Below, one piece after another: positions 1 through 10,350 of a stretch of DNA of 64,000 nucleotides. Source of the stretch: a virus; the IMG/VR virus record IMGVR_UViG_3300024259_001791. One strand, 5' to 3'. The translations under genes were made by a program, and so were the position numbers. Below the pieces are notes generated by a model. That model was not told the DNA's origin and searched no databases. It saw only the letters and a program-made list of their open reading frames with translations. Position 1 is the stretch's first letter; every line of letters begins with the position of its first letter.

Positions 1-35
1 TCAAGCATGATTGTCATATCGTTCTAATTTCTCAT

Positions 36-281
36 TTGAATAAGGCTGGTGCAGTAAAGGGTAATTCTGATATAACTTATTATCCTGACCATACTTGTGA
101 ATTGAGACATTTAGAGGCACAAAAAGAAGCACCTGATTTCAGCACAAGAGGAATGTTTTATTGGAAATTTACTAAGAATAGAGGTTCTGCTGACGGAAGT
201 ACCATTTGTTTCAAACACACAGCAGATGGAGTAGATTTCGTGATTTCCCATATTACTGGGTATAACGATAAGGTACGGTAA
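36..281 (+). CDS. hypothetical protein
   Basis: ORF track, co-oriented with and abutting the next gene; no motif; start uncertain. Confidence 0.4.
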   Translation: MNKAGAVKGNSDITYYPDHTCELRHLEAQKEAPDFSTRGMFYWKFTKNRGSADGSTICFKHTADGVDFVISHITGYNDKVR

Positions 282-617
282 ATGTCTGCAACTACACAAC
301 ATAAAGCATTAAGAAAATTACAAAACGAAGGCCGAAAATTTGAAGTACGCTATGCAAAACGGCAGTCAAAATGTTGTATTTGCAAACAACCTATTAAAAT
401 CGGTGAGGTTGTGGTGTTGAGTTCTATAGATACCCAACTCTATAATGCATATGGGCCAAGATCATGGAGAATGGAAAAACCATGTCGTTTTTGTGGAAAA
501 GATGCAATAGAATATCTGACAAAATTACGCATGGAAGTAGATGAAGCCTTTAAGCGATTAGACGCAGAAGGTCTTGATGTCGCTAAGATAGCAGAAGATT
601 TTAAGAAAGGTCAATAA
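282..617 (+). CDS. hypothetical protein with putative Zn-binding motifs
   Basis: CCICK and CRFC CxxC pairs; tight operon packing. Confidence 0.65.
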   Translation: MSATTQHKALRKLQNEGRKFEVRYAKRQSKCCICKQPIKIGEVVVLSSIDTQLYNAYGPRSWRMEKPCRFCGKDAIEYLTKLRMEVDEAFKRLDAEGLDVAKIAEDFKKGQ

Positions 618-618
618 A

Positions 619-825
619 ATGAATTTATTTTGGACTATTCTAGGTTTTGTGGGGTCACTTTGTTGGGCAATTATACTCATTGGTTTTTGTCTCGGAAAAG
701 AAATAAACAAAGCTACAATTATAGTCGCATTTGTCGTGTGCATTTTAACTTGCCTACGTGCTGGTTATGAGAGTTATATGAGATGGCAAGTTGACAAATT
801 GTTTAAGGACAAAAATGGCTCATAG
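619..825 (+). CDS. small membrane protein
   Basis: two hydrophobic stretches; starts 1 nt after the upstream stop. Confidence 0.6.
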   Translation: MNLFWTILGFVGSLCWAIILIGFCLGKEINKATIIVAFVVCILTCLRAGYESYMRWQVDKLFKDKNGS

Positions 826-1003
826 AGAATGGGACGAAGAAATCGACGGAAAAGCAGAAGCAGAGGGTAATGCTTTTCTAAAACAAAAGACCGAACAAAC
901 CGTTCGCAAGATCGGTAAAAAGATTAGAAAACAGAGATCAATGCATAGTCGCGGTAATAATACAAATGAAATGAGAGTGCTTAAACGGCACTTAACGAAA
1001 TAG
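815..1003 (+). CDS. small basic hypothetical protein
   Basis: ATG at 815 behind AAGGA (track start 791). Confidence 0.55.
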   Translation: MAHREWDEEIDGKAEAEGNAFLKQKTEQTVRKIGKKIRKQRSMHSRGNNTNEMRVLKRHLTK

Positions 1004-1012
1004 GAGATAAAT

Positions 1013-2062
1013 TTGAAATTTGACAAAGAAAAAACAAGAAAACTATTGGTAGGATTAGCGACTGGCGATTGTCAAGGCATTACTACTGAGTTTTTCAAGG
1101 ATAGGAACATCTATAAATTGTACAAAAAGTACAAAAAGCGAGGATGGCCCTTTACCCCTGTTGGTAGAGAACAATGGAACATGAAGGCAGGAGAGCATTC
1201 AGACGACACAGATATGGCGTGGGCTGTCGTAAAGTCTGCGTACCAAAAGCAATCGTTTGACCCAAGCGATATCGCTAACAATTTCGTTAAATGGCTTCAT
1301 AGCAATCCCAAAGATATTGGGAATACCACTCATGAAGTTTTAAGCGGAATCGCCAACGGAAGCAGATGGAACGAATCTGGCAGAGCCTTTTATGAGGGGA
1401 ATAAGCAAGGTGCTGCCAACGGTAGCCTTATGCGAAATGGTGTCATTAACGGATTGACAGACGATTTGGACGAAGCGTTTGAAATGTCGTTATTGCATGG
1501 CATTATCACTCACTATGCTCCGCTGCCTGTCATTTGTTGTGCAATTCATACATGGGTTATTCATAAATTGTTTGAAGGCGTAAATCCATTGGAAGATTTA
1601 ATGTGGCAAAAAACATTTTTCTCTGATTGGGAGACATGGCTGAATAACAGCAAAAATGAAGATGTAATTACGTGGAAAGAAACAGTAGGAAAAGAAGATA
1701 TTGAAGAAGAAAAACAAACGATCTTAAAAACAGAATTCCATCATTATGAATTCAATCCGTACATCGGTAATTTCAGTCGTTGTGCTGGCTATTGTTTGCT
1801 AACGCTACAGATCGCTTTGTGGGCATTGCAGTGGGCTTTAGATGATAAGAAATTCTTAGCCCCAATGAATTTGCCAGAAGAAGTATTTGCTAAAAATGGA
1901 GTATGGACATTGGGTTGGGTTTCCTTGATCGGTTATGATGCAGATACCTATGCCGCTGTAACTGGTCCTCTGTTCGCTGCTAAGTTTGGTGAATTGCCCA
2001 AGGAAATGACAAGTAATTTGCAGATTCATGGATGGTGGAATCAGTTAACAAAGGAGCAATAA
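1013..2062 (+). CDS. ADP-ribosylglycohydrolase (DraG/ARH family)
   Basis: GLATGDCQG, SDDTDMA, ANGSLMR and DADTYAAVTG Mg-binding motifs; SD GGAG upstream of TTG. Confidence 0.9.
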   Translation: MKFDKEKTRKLLVGLATGDCQGITTEFFKDRNIYKLYKKYKKRGWPFTPVGREQWNMKAGEHSDDTDMAWAVVKSAYQKQSFDPSDIANNFVKWLHSNPKDIGNTTHEVLSGIANGSRWNESGRAFYEGNKQGAANGSLMRNGVINGLTDDLDEAFEMSLLHGIITHYAPLPVICCAIHTWVIHKLFEGVNPLEDLMWQKTFFSDWETWLNNSKNEDVITWKETVGKEDIEEEKQTILKTEFHHYEFNPYIGNFSRCAGYCLLTLQIALWALQWALDDKKFLAPMNLPEEVFAKNGVWTLGWVSLIGYDADTYAAVTGPLFAAKFGELPKEMTSNLQIHGWWNQLTKEQ

Positions 2063-2063
2063 A

Positions 2064-4637
2064 TTGGCCGACTTTGACACAGGTGCTTTTGTAGCCGAAG
2101 ATACATTAACCAAAAAATTACAGTTGTGCCTTAAGAACGATTGGAATGTATTGTTTATCGGTAGACACGGTGTTGGCAAATCCAGCATTATTAAGAGTTT
2201 ATGGGACAATGAAGGGCTGAACTATCGTATGTTTTCTGCCGCCACTATGGACCCGTGGGTTGACTTTCTTGGGGTGCCAGCACGGGTTGAAGATAAAAAA
2301 ACAGGCAAAGCATATTTGAAGTTGATTAAGCCACGAGAATTTGAAGATGATGAAGTAGAAGCAATTTTGTTTGATGAATTTAACAGATGTTTAACTGGTG
2401 ATACTCCTATTCAATTAGCCGATGGTTATTCGATTCCTATTAAAGATTTAGTTGATAAAAAAGAGTTTTTTGTGTATAGTTATGATCTTAAAAATAAATG
2501 TATGGCTGTTGGAAGAGGTCATTCTGCCAGAAAAACTGGCAAAAAACAAAAAGTTATAAAAGTCACATTAGATAATGGGTTATCTGTACGATGTACTGGT
2601 GATCATCCTTTTCTTTTGACGACTGGTTTATATGTCAAAGCGGGTGATCTCGAACCTGATGATGCTCTAATGGCATTATACAAAAAATATAATAAAAATG
2701 GTTATGAATTAGTTTCTTCAGTACGACCAACTCGTTGGGAATTTACTTATCATTTAGCAGATAAATATAATATTTTAACTAAAATATACAAAAAAAGCAC
2801 TGGTGGTTATCGTCATCATAAAGATAAAAATCGTTTTAATAATTCTCCGTTAAATATCGAGCGGCTTTCAAAAGAAGAACATATTTTTAAACACGCTTCA
2901 GATGGAGGAAAAACTGTACATGAAAAATATCCACTACATTATTTAAGAACGATAGGTAATGCCAATAGTCGTTCTAAAGCCGTCGCAGCATCTATAAAAA
3001 CACGCCAATCAGACGAGCAGTACAAAAAAAATAGGTCGAAAATCTCTTTAAATTTCTGGGACAAACAAAAGAAAAACGAACAGTCTCAACGAGCAAAAAA
3101 AGCATGGGCGAATGGGCAATTTGACAACATAGATAGAGTAACTGCTAATCGTAAAGCGAGACTGTCATACACGATAAAAATTCTAAAAACACAATTAGAA
3201 GAAGGCGTATTGTTGACTCCGGAATTATATGAAACAATTCGTAGTCGAATAAAAAATTTGGCAAAAAATAGTCGTGGTAAATACCTCATGAAAATCAGCA
3301 CTCTCGAAAAACACTTTGGTTCTTTTGATAATTTTGTAAATCATTTTCAAAGTGAATATTCAGAAAACAAAAATCATAGAGTGATTAAAATTGAAGATGC
3401 TGGTTATGAAGATGTTTATGACATCACTGTGGATGATTATAATAACTTCGCAGTAGGACAAGGCGTGTTCGTCCATAATAGCCCAAAAAAAATTAGAAAT
3501 GCTGTGATGGAATTGATTCAATTCAAATCTATTAATGGTAGGGAATTCAAAAACTTGAAAGTAATTTGGGCGGCTATTAACCCAGATGATGATGAAGAAC
3601 TAGATTTCGACGTTGAGAAATTGGACCCTGCTCAAAAAGATAGATTCCAAATCCACATCGAATTGAAATTTGAACCAAGTATGCCTTATTTCATACACAA
3701 GTATGGAAAAGACGTAGCAAATGGTTCTATCGAATGGTGGAAGAAACTAAAAAAAGAGCATCCTGATATCATCACTAAGGTATCCCCTCGTCGTTTGGAT
3801 TATGCTCTTGAGATTTTCTTCAAGGGTGGAAATGTTGGCTATGCATTGCCAAAGGGTTGTAATCCGGCAGAATTGACCAAAATTATCAAAGAAAGACCAA
3901 TCATAGCGAAGCTAGAATCGTTGATGGTAGGAAAAGATGATGATAAAATCAAAGAATTTCTAGAAAATGAGAATAATTTTGATTTGGCAAAACATGAGAT
4001 ATTAAGAGATAGAGTAAAGGTCGATCTTTTTGTCCCATTTATGCCTGCTGAAAAAATCAATATGCTTATCTCTCAAAGCAGTAGCGTAATGATGTGGGCC
4101 TTGAAAAACTATTCTAGGCATAAAACGATCAAAGAAGCTTTGAAAGAAATTGAAAAAGCAGACATGAACAAAGCCTTGGTCAGCCAAATCAGAAAGCGTT
4201 TCTCAGAAGATGGCATGAAACAAATCTCGTCTATGCCGGATTCGCCTGCCGTAAATGATAATAGGATAGACAATTATCAAGTAAAGAAAAAAGAAACAGT
4301 CTCTTTTGGCAAACAACTTGACGATAAAATCGATGGCGATTTCGATTCTACATTTTTCAGAATCGATGCATTCAATGTTATTAAGAATGGAATGCCAAAT
4401 GTTATGTCTAAGGATACGTCTATTAAAGTATTAACAGTGTTGGAAAAAGTGATTAAGATGACTCACAGAGACACAGTAAAGAAATGGACTGAATTACCTG
4501 CCATGATTAATACGTGCATTGATAACCTGAAAACACATGGCTATAAATTCAGTAAATTCAAAGACTCTTTCCCCGCTGTTTTGGCATATGCGGCAGTAAA
4601 GAACGGATTCTATTTTAAGAGCAGAAAGGCATCATGA
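2064..4637 (+). CDS. MoxR/dynein-related AAA+ ATPase interrupted by an intein
   Basis: Walker A GRHGVGKS, Walker B LFDEFNR, WAAINP and LDPAQKDRF motifs; paired with a downstream VWA gene. Confidence 0.85.
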   Translation: MADFDTGAFVAEDTLTKKLQLCLKNDWNVLFIGRHGVGKSSIIKSLWDNEGLNYRMFSAATMDPWVDFLGVPARVEDKKTGKAYLKLIKPREFEDDEVEAILFDEFNRCLTGDTPIQLADGYSIPIKDLVDKKEFFVYSYDLKNKCMAVGRGHSARKTGKKQKVIKVTLDNGLSVRCTGDHPFLLTTGLYVKAGDLEPDDALMALYKKYNKNGYELVSSVRPTRWEFTYHLADKYNILTKIYKKSTGGYRHHKDKNRFNNSPLNIERLSKEEHIFKHASDGGKTVHEKYPLHYLRTIGNANSRSKAVAASIKTRQSDEQYKKNRSKISLNFWDKQKKNEQSQRAKKAWANGQFDNIDRVTANRKARLSYTIKILKTQLEEGVLLTPELYETIRSRIKNLAKNSRGKYLMKISTLEKHFGSFDNFVNHFQSEYSENKNHRVIKIEDAGYEDVYDITVDDYNNFAVGQGVFVHNSPKKIRNAVMELIQFKSINGREFKNLKVIWAAINPDDDEELDFDVEKLDPAQKDRFQIHIELKFEPSMPYFIHKYGKDVANGSIEWWKKLKKEHPDIITKVSPRRLDYALEIFFKGGNVGYALPKGCNPAELTKIIKERPIIAKLESLMVGKDDDKIKEFLENENNFDLAKHEILRDRVKVDLFVPFMPAEKINMLISQSSSVMMWALKNYSRHKTIKEALKEIEKADMNKALVSQIRKRFSEDGMKQISSMPDSPAVNDNRIDNYQVKKKETVSFGKQLDDKIDGDFDSTFFRIDAFNVIKNGMPNVMSKDTSIKVLTVLEKVIKMTHRDTVKKWTELPAMINTCIDNLKTHGYKFSKFKDSFPAVLAYAAVKNGFYFKSRKAS
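2388..3479 (+). mobile_element. intein (364 aa) with HNH homing endonuclease
   Basis: begins CLTGDTPI, block B CTGDHPF, ends VYDITV..NNFAVG.GVFVHN followed by Ser(+1); internal HHKDKNRFNNSPLNI HNH motif. Confidence 0.92.
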
Positions 4638-6055
4638 CGGAAACAGTCACAGCCAAAATAGATAATGATGAATTCTTTGCTATCGCTGATAGTCTGCAAG
4701 ATAAGCATGTGATTTTCCACAAATTTTGGGAAATGGGCAAACCAGGTTTTTCAGATAAAATCCCTACTGCTGGCGTGATCTTCAATAAAGAAGGCGAAGG
4801 GATGATTTTCGAATTCAATCCCAAATTTTGGAATTATCTCGATGATTATAGCCGCCGTTTTGTTATCTGCCACGAAATGCTCCATCTTATTCTGAATCAT
4901 GGAGTTAGGATGAAAGGTGTCAGAAAAAGCAATAGACAAGCAGTTAATGTATGTCTAGACATTGTAGTAAATCATTTGCTTGTTAATAAATTCGGTTTTA
5001 ATAGACACAAGATTAAAGGCTTCGAAAAGGATATGTTGCCAGAAGGTGCTGAACCTCATGGGGATTATCGTGACTTCTGTTGGGTAGATACTGTTTTTGA
5101 TCCAAAAAGACATCCAGAAATGTTGGAGACTTTAAAGGGCAGAATTCCACCCGACAACAAAAGCTTTGAATACTATTATAATCTTCTTCCTATAACTCCT
5201 GGTGGCGGCGGTGGAGAAGGCGATAGCGGAGAAGGTCAAGGACTTGGTAGTGATTCGTTTGACGACCATGATGGATTAAAGGACACAGAGGCATTAAAAG
5301 AAATCATCGAAGAATTAAACGAAGATATGACGGAAGAAGAAAAAAGCGACCTTGAAGATATGATTGATGAACATTTTCAAGAAGAAAAATTGCCCAAGGA
5401 TGGCAGCGGTCAAGGCGATCAAACTGCGGGCGTTGGGGCTGGCGGTTTTTGGTCATTTTCTAAAGTCGATAATGTACCTACAAAGAAAAAATGGGAAACC
5501 ATTATTAAAAAGTGGATGCTAAAAGAAGTTAAGTTTGCTTCACGCGACTTAGAACAATGGGTACGAATAAACAGACGGTTCACCATATTACCAAATGATT
5601 TCTTTTTGCCTACTGAAATGGAAGTAGAAGATTTATACGAAGAAGAAGGCAAAATCAAAGTATGGTTCGTGATTGACAATTCTGGCAGTTGCTCTCATCT
5701 ATTTGATCGTTTTGCTCATGCGGCAGCATCATTGCCTAGCGACAAGTTTGAGGTACGTCTATGGTGTTTTGATACAATGATGCATGAAGTAGTTATAACA
5801 AAAGGAAATATGAAAGCCCTTGGCGGTGGTGGTACGGCTTTTGATTGTATTGAGAGTACGATACAACGAGTTATTAAGAAAGAGAAATGCGAATACCCAA
5901 AAGCAGTGTGGGTATTAACGGATTCGTATGGGAACCATGTAAACCCTCAATATCCTAAACATTGGTTCTGGTTTTTAACTACTAATTATATGGAATACAT
6001 ACCAAAAGAATGTATCGACGCTAAACAAGTCTACGACTTAAGAGACTTCGAATAA
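4634..6055 (+). CDS. DUF2201-type metallopeptidase plus VWA domain protein
   Basis: HEMLH (HExxH) motif; Gly-rich linker; C-terminal MIDAS IDNSGS, GGGGT and LTD; ATGA overlap with the ATPase. Confidence 0.85.
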   Translation: MTETVTAKIDNDEFFAIADSLQDKHVIFHKFWEMGKPGFSDKIPTAGVIFNKEGEGMIFEFNPKFWNYLDDYSRRFVICHEMLHLILNHGVRMKGVRKSNRQAVNVCLDIVVNHLLVNKFGFNRHKIKGFEKDMLPEGAEPHGDYRDFCWVDTVFDPKRHPEMLETLKGRIPPDNKSFEYYYNLLPITPGGGGGEGDSGEGQGLGSDSFDDHDGLKDTEALKEIIEELNEDMTEEEKSDLEDMIDEHFQEEKLPKDGSGQGDQTAGVGAGGFWSFSKVDNVPTKKKWETIIKKWMLKEVKFASRDLEQWVRINRRFTILPNDFFLPTEMEVEDLYEEEGKIKVWFVIDNSGSCSHLFDRFAHAAASLPSDKFEVRLWCFDTMMHEVVITKGNMKALGGGGTAFDCIESTIQRVIKKEKCEYPKAVWVLTDSYGNHVNPQYPKHWFWFLTTNYMEYIPKECIDAKQVYDLRDFE

Positions 6056-7168
6056 ATACTTATATGCCTTATCTTTTTTTCTCTCTAAAAATAATGTAGC
6101 ATTATTGTACATCCAATTATAGATACGTATTTCCTGTAAACGTCCACCATATTCCAATGCATAATTATTAGCTTTTTTGTCATTCGTTTTTTTAGAGTAG
6201 ATTTTGACCATTGACAATCCACAACTAGAACATAATTGTTTTTGTAATCCCAAAATGAAATCACCACTTCCACACGCTACAGAAAAATGTATTCCGTTAC
6301 CATTTTTACCACTTTTTTTCCAACTGCCATCTCCATCAAAGTATCCCCTCACGAAATGATGTATAAGATGTTTTGGAATATTTTTAGTAGTTTTTTGCCA
6401 AGAGATAGTATGAGATTTCTTAGGTGTAATTCCTGATCTGTATAAGTCATTTATTATCTTATTGCTATGAATATCTATCCTCGCTATGCTAGATGGTTTA
6501 CCTCTTGATATATATGTTTTGATTCTAACGGGGTAATTACCAGTAATATGTTTACTAAATTTTTCAAGGTGTTTAACATCGTTTTCATGTATACCAATGT
6601 GGAGACAATTTTTAAATACATTACCATCTGCCCCTATAAATCCTAACCAATATGCTTTTTCTTCTGTATCTATTTTTTCAAAGAAATCAAAATTGCATGT
6701 ATATTTTCTCACTCCTTTAAACTTCCATACTTTGTTTTTAACCAATGTATATCTTATACCTGATGGAGTAACGTTAAAATGCCTTGCTATATCATTGACT
6801 CTTTTCCCTTTTTTATACATCTGTACTGCTTTTTTCTTCTTTTTATCAGTCCAATGTTTTGTCTTTGGGCGACGTTTGCCTATCGTATAAAGTTCCATTT
6901 CAATAAGTCTGTTTTTGATTGCTCTTTCTCCTACTTCAAAATCTTTTGCGATTTGACTGGCGGTTTCGTAATTAAGATAGCGTTGTTTAATTTCTTGGAG
7001 TTCTTCTTCTGTGAATTTCTTTCTGCCTTTAAATGCATTATGTCTCTTTAATAGGAATTGAATAGTCTTTTTGGTACATCCGTGTTCTTGTGCCAATTTG
7101 GGTGTTCCGATGCCAGATTGGTATTCTTTGACTATATGTTTCTCTTGTTCTGTAGTAAATTTGTACAT
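6038..7168 (-). CDS. free-standing LAGLIDADG homing endonuclease with N-terminal HTH repeats
   Basis: YWLGFIGADG and FVRGYFDGDGS; ATG at 7168 behind AAGGAG (track start 7210); opposite strand to neighbours. Confidence 0.85.
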   Translation of the reverse strand: MYKFTTEQEKHIVKEYQSGIGTPKLAQEHGCTKKTIQFLLKRHNAFKGRKKFTEEELQEIKQRYLNYETASQIAKDFEVGERAIKNRLIEMELYTIGKRRPKTKHWTDKKKKKAVQMYKKGKRVNDIARHFNVTPSGIRYTLVKNKVWKFKGVRKYTCNFDFFEKIDTEEKAYWLGFIGADGNVFKNCLHIGIHENDVKHLEKFSKHITGNYPVRIKTYISRGKPSSIARIDIHSNKIINDLYRSGITPKKSHTISWQKTTKNIPKHLIHHFVRGYFDGDGSWKKSGKNGNGIHFSVACGSGDFILGLQKQLCSSCGLSMVKIYSKKTNDKKANNYALEYGGRLQEIRIYNWMYNNATLFLERKKDKAYKYLFEVS

Positions 7169-7271
7169 TTTATCTCCTTTAAGTATCCAACGCTTCTTTC
7201 TATATAGCATGTAATCTATGGAAATTCCTTCTTCTAAAAAAGCTTTAAGCGAAAAAATAAATTACTGTTGC

Positions 7272-7278
7272 CTATAAT
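7272..7278 (+). promoter_or_regulatory. CTATAAT -10-like promoter motif in the array 1 leader
   Basis: same motif recurs in intergenic gaps upstream of many genes; 25 nt before the first repeat. Confidence 0.55.
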
Positions 7279-7302
7279 GTAGTATAAGTTAAAGAATAAT
7301 AA

Positions 7303-7576
7303 GTACTCCCCACGCGTGTGGGGGTGAACCGGACGGATGGCCACAATTTCGACATACTCTTGAAATATTCCCCACGCGTGTGGGGGTGAACCGACGATGC
7401 CGGGATTATCTGTATCTAAAGAAGAGTATTCCCCACGTATGTGGGGGTGAACCGCTTAGACAGCTTGCAGAATAGAAGGGAGTAACGTATTCCCCACGCG
7501 TGTGGGGGTGAACCGACAATGCCAGCTTGAGCAGCATAAGCAGCAATATATTCCCCACGTAAGTGGGGGTAAAAAA
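7303..7576 (+). CRISPR. CRISPR array 1, type I-E repeat, 5 repeats / 4 spacers
   Basis: 29-bp repeats RTAYTCCCCACGYRTGTGGGGGTGAACCG at 7303, 7365, 7426, 7487 and a degenerate one at 7548; spacers 33, 32, 32, 32 bp; CCCCAC/GTGGGG hairpin. Confidence 0.97.
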
Positions 7577-7619
7577 TAGAATTTTTCAATAAAAGTAAGG
7601 TGATTGTCGTAGATTGTTG

Positions 7620-7626
7620 CTATAAT
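7620..7626 (+). promoter_or_regulatory. CTATAAT motif upstream of cas3
   Basis: followed by AAGGA SD and ATG 7644. Confidence 0.55.
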
Positions 7627-7643
7627 GTGTTGAAGGAATAAAA

Positions 7644-10316
7644 ATGAGTAAAGACAAGTTAGATTTATTATTAAAATTGCCTGGTAAAAAAAGCGGTTTA
7701 AATTTGTATCCAACACTTTTTCATTGTTTTGATACTATGTTAGTTGCAAAAGAGATTATCAATTCATACCCAGAAAATGTTAAATTATGGATATCTGAAT
7801 CGCTTGGCATAAAAATCGAAGACTTAATTCCGCTTTTATCATTTATAATTGGACTACATGATATCGGAAAATTAACTCCTTCTTTTCTTCACCGTATTTT
7901 TGGAACAACAGATGACATACCGTTAAATATTAAGAAATATTTTTCTTGTGATGGGAGTAAGCCGGATTATTGGCATGCTCGTTCTAGTCAAGACATATTA
8001 AGAGAAGAAATGTGCGACGTATTTGATCAGTATGGGGAAAATATTTATGATTTTTTTAACATGATTGCCACTTTAACCGGAAATCATCATGGATCAAGTT
8101 CGCCTTTTGAGTCTGAAAAATTACAAAGAGGATCAGGTGCAGAATGGAAAGAAGTACGAAAATTATTTGTTAATTATATTCAAGATTTTTCTTGTATCGA
8201 TTTTTCAACTTTTAAAGACAATTTTTCAGATGAAATACCAAGAAAAATTTTAATTTGGATATTGGGATTTATGGTCGTGTGTGATTGGGTAGCATCCGCT
8301 TCTATCAATATCAATTCAAATTCGCCGTTTGATTATCGGTCATATATACTGGACGTGCCAAAACGAAGTAAAAAAATATCAACATTTTTATGTTCCAATC
8401 ATTTGATTTCAAACTATAAAATTTCTACTGTTGATTGGGAAACAATCATCGGATATCCGTTAAATGAATTGCAAAAAATAACTAAAGATTTTCTTGAGGA
8501 TGGGACAATAACGGCAGATTGCGCAGTGCTGGTTAAAGGCCCAACAGGTTACGGAAAAACCGAAACTAGCCATATGATTAAATATCATTTTTTGAAATCG
8601 GGAAAAGTGATTGGATGTTATACCGCGATGCCGACTCAATCTTCTAGCAACATGTTATATAAGCGTGAGAATATTTTTTTGAATAAAATAGGTGTTCTTG
8701 ATTCTAATTTAATTCATGGTCATGCTTATCTTGTAGACGATTTTACAAAAGTTGTTGCATTGTTGCCCAAAGAGGCAAGACAATGGTTAACCATGAAAAA
8801 AGTAGCGATGTTACAACCTCATGGTGTTGGCACAGTAGATCAGTTATTGTTTTCTATTTTGCCAGTAAGACATTTTTCCTTAAGGACTTTCGGTATCGCC
8901 CACAAAGTGATCACTTATGATGAGATTCACTCTTATGATTCTTTTACTGGTGCATTAAATTTAGAATCCATTTCTTGGTCTGCGAATACGGGTTGTCCTA
9001 CAGTCCTATTGTCTGCTACTATGTCTGATAAATTACAATATGACATTGTTAGTTCATATTTGGGTAAACATGATATCGATAAATTTTCTACTGGTTACGG
9101 TATTACTGTAATTAACCGTATAACAGGAAAAATTACTCATAAACCTCTACGGCTCGATAAAAAAGATGAAAAGAAAATTTCAATAGATTTTATTTCAGGA
9201 AAAAAAAGTATAGATAAAATAATATCTTCTGCAAACAACGGAGGATGTGTTTGTGTATATAAAAATACTGCGAAAACCGCAATAATAACACGCAAAAAAA
9301 TCAAAAAGACTCTCAAGAAAAACAATATTAATGATATAGAGGTTTATATTATTAGAAATAGATTTTCTCCACAAAAAAGACAAGAAATTGAAAATGATAT
9401 TGACAAAAAGTTTGGAAAAAATGGGCAACGGCCCAAAAAAGCAATTGTTATATCTACTCAAATTCTCGAACACAGTTTAGATTTGGATTTTGATGAAATA
9501 TTTACTGATTTGTGTCCGATTGATCACTTATTACAGCGTGGTGGGAGATTGCATCGATTCAATATAATTAGGCCGCTTGGAAAAGAAAAGCCACGCATGA
9601 ACATAATACTAGTTTCAAAAAATCCTGTTTATTTAAAATATTTTTGCATAAAAACTGAATTAGTTTTAAAAGATAAAAATGAAATAATTATTCCCACCGA
9701 TGTATCATCTCTTATAAATAAAGTTTATAATTTTTCGAATCATGATACGATAACTAATGACAAAAATCAAATTTTAGAATTAGATAAATTACAAAAAAAG
9801 GTAGAAAAAAGTGAGAAAAAAGACTCTCGTGAATCTACATTGCAAATAATTGGAAAACCGTCATCGTTGATAGATGATGCAAAAGAAATTATTTTAGAAC
9901 GTAATTTATATTCTATAAACGGAAAAGACATAGAAAAAGAAATAGAGTTGGGAATTACTCAAATACCACTTACTAGAAAAAAATCTTTTTCCGCTAGTTT
10001 GATTTATATTTTCAAGATCAATGGAAAGTGTTATTACGACAATTTAGGAAAACAAGAAATTGATATTAATGATTCTGAATTGGTCAAAAATTTAATAGAA
10101 AAATGCTCCATTAGTTCTATTTTCGCTTTTGAAAAGATTTTTGAAGAAAATAAATCAATTTTTAAAAGGATTAGTAATTCTAAAAAATGGGAAACTATTT
10201 GGGACGATACCTGTCTCCAATATTACCATTTAATTGTATTAGAAAATAACGAATCTAATATCGGGTGCGGAAAAAAAGTTACCTTTGATCCGGAAGTTGG
10301 AGTAGACATCGAGTGA
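7644..10316 (+). CDS. cas3: Cas3 HD nuclease-SF2 helicase
   Basis: LFHCFD, LHDIGK, NHHG and CDWVAS HD residues; GPTGYGKT, AMPTQ, GTVDQ, DEIH, LSAT, STQILEHSLDLDFD and QRGGRLHR helicase motifs; adjacent to the array. Confidence 0.95.
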   Translation: MSKDKLDLLLKLPGKKSGLNLYPTLFHCFDTMLVAKEIINSYPENVKLWISESLGIKIEDLIPLLSFIIGLHDIGKLTPSFLHRIFGTTDDIPLNIKKYFSCDGSKPDYWHARSSQDILREEMCDVFDQYGENIYDFFNMIATLTGNHHGSSSPFESEKLQRGSGAEWKEVRKLFVNYIQDFSCIDFSTFKDNFSDEIPRKILIWILGFMVVCDWVASASININSNSPFDYRSYILDVPKRSKKISTFLCSNHLISNYKISTVDWETIIGYPLNELQKITKDFLEDGTITADCAVLVKGPTGYGKTETSHMIKYHFLKSGKVIGCYTAMPTQSSSNMLYKRENIFLNKIGVLDSNLIHGHAYLVDDFTKVVALLPKEARQWLTMKKVAMLQPHGVGTVDQLLFSILPVRHFSLRTFGIAHKVITYDEIHSYDSFTGALNLESISWSANTGCPTVLLSATMSDKLQYDIVSSYLGKHDIDKFSTGYGITVINRITGKITHKPLRLDKKDEKKISIDFISGKKSIDKIISSANNGGCVCVYKNTAKTAIITRKKIKKTLKKNNINDIEVYIIRNRFSPQKRQEIENDIDKKFGKNGQRPKKAIVISTQILEHSLDLDFDEIFTDLCPIDHLLQRGGRLHRFNIIRPLGKEKPRMNIILVSKNPVYLKYFCIKTELVLKDKNEIIIPTDVSSLINKVYNFSNHDTITNDKNQILELDKLQKKVEKSEKKDSRESTLQIIGKPSSLIDDAKEIILERNLYSINGKDIEKEIELGITQIPLTRKKSFSASLIYIFKINGKCYYDNLGKQEIDINDSELVKNLIEKCSISSIFAFEKIFEENKSIFKRISNSKKWETIWDDTCLQYYHLIVLENNESNIGCGKKVTFDPEVGVDIE

Positions 10317-10323
10317 TGCATGA

Positions 10324-10330
10324 CTATAAT
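10324..10330 (+). promoter_or_regulatory. CTATAAT motif upstream of cas8e
   Basis: intergenic, followed by GGAG SD and ATG 10351. Confidence 0.55.
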
Positions 10331-10350
10331 GGTATACGAAGCAGGAGAAA

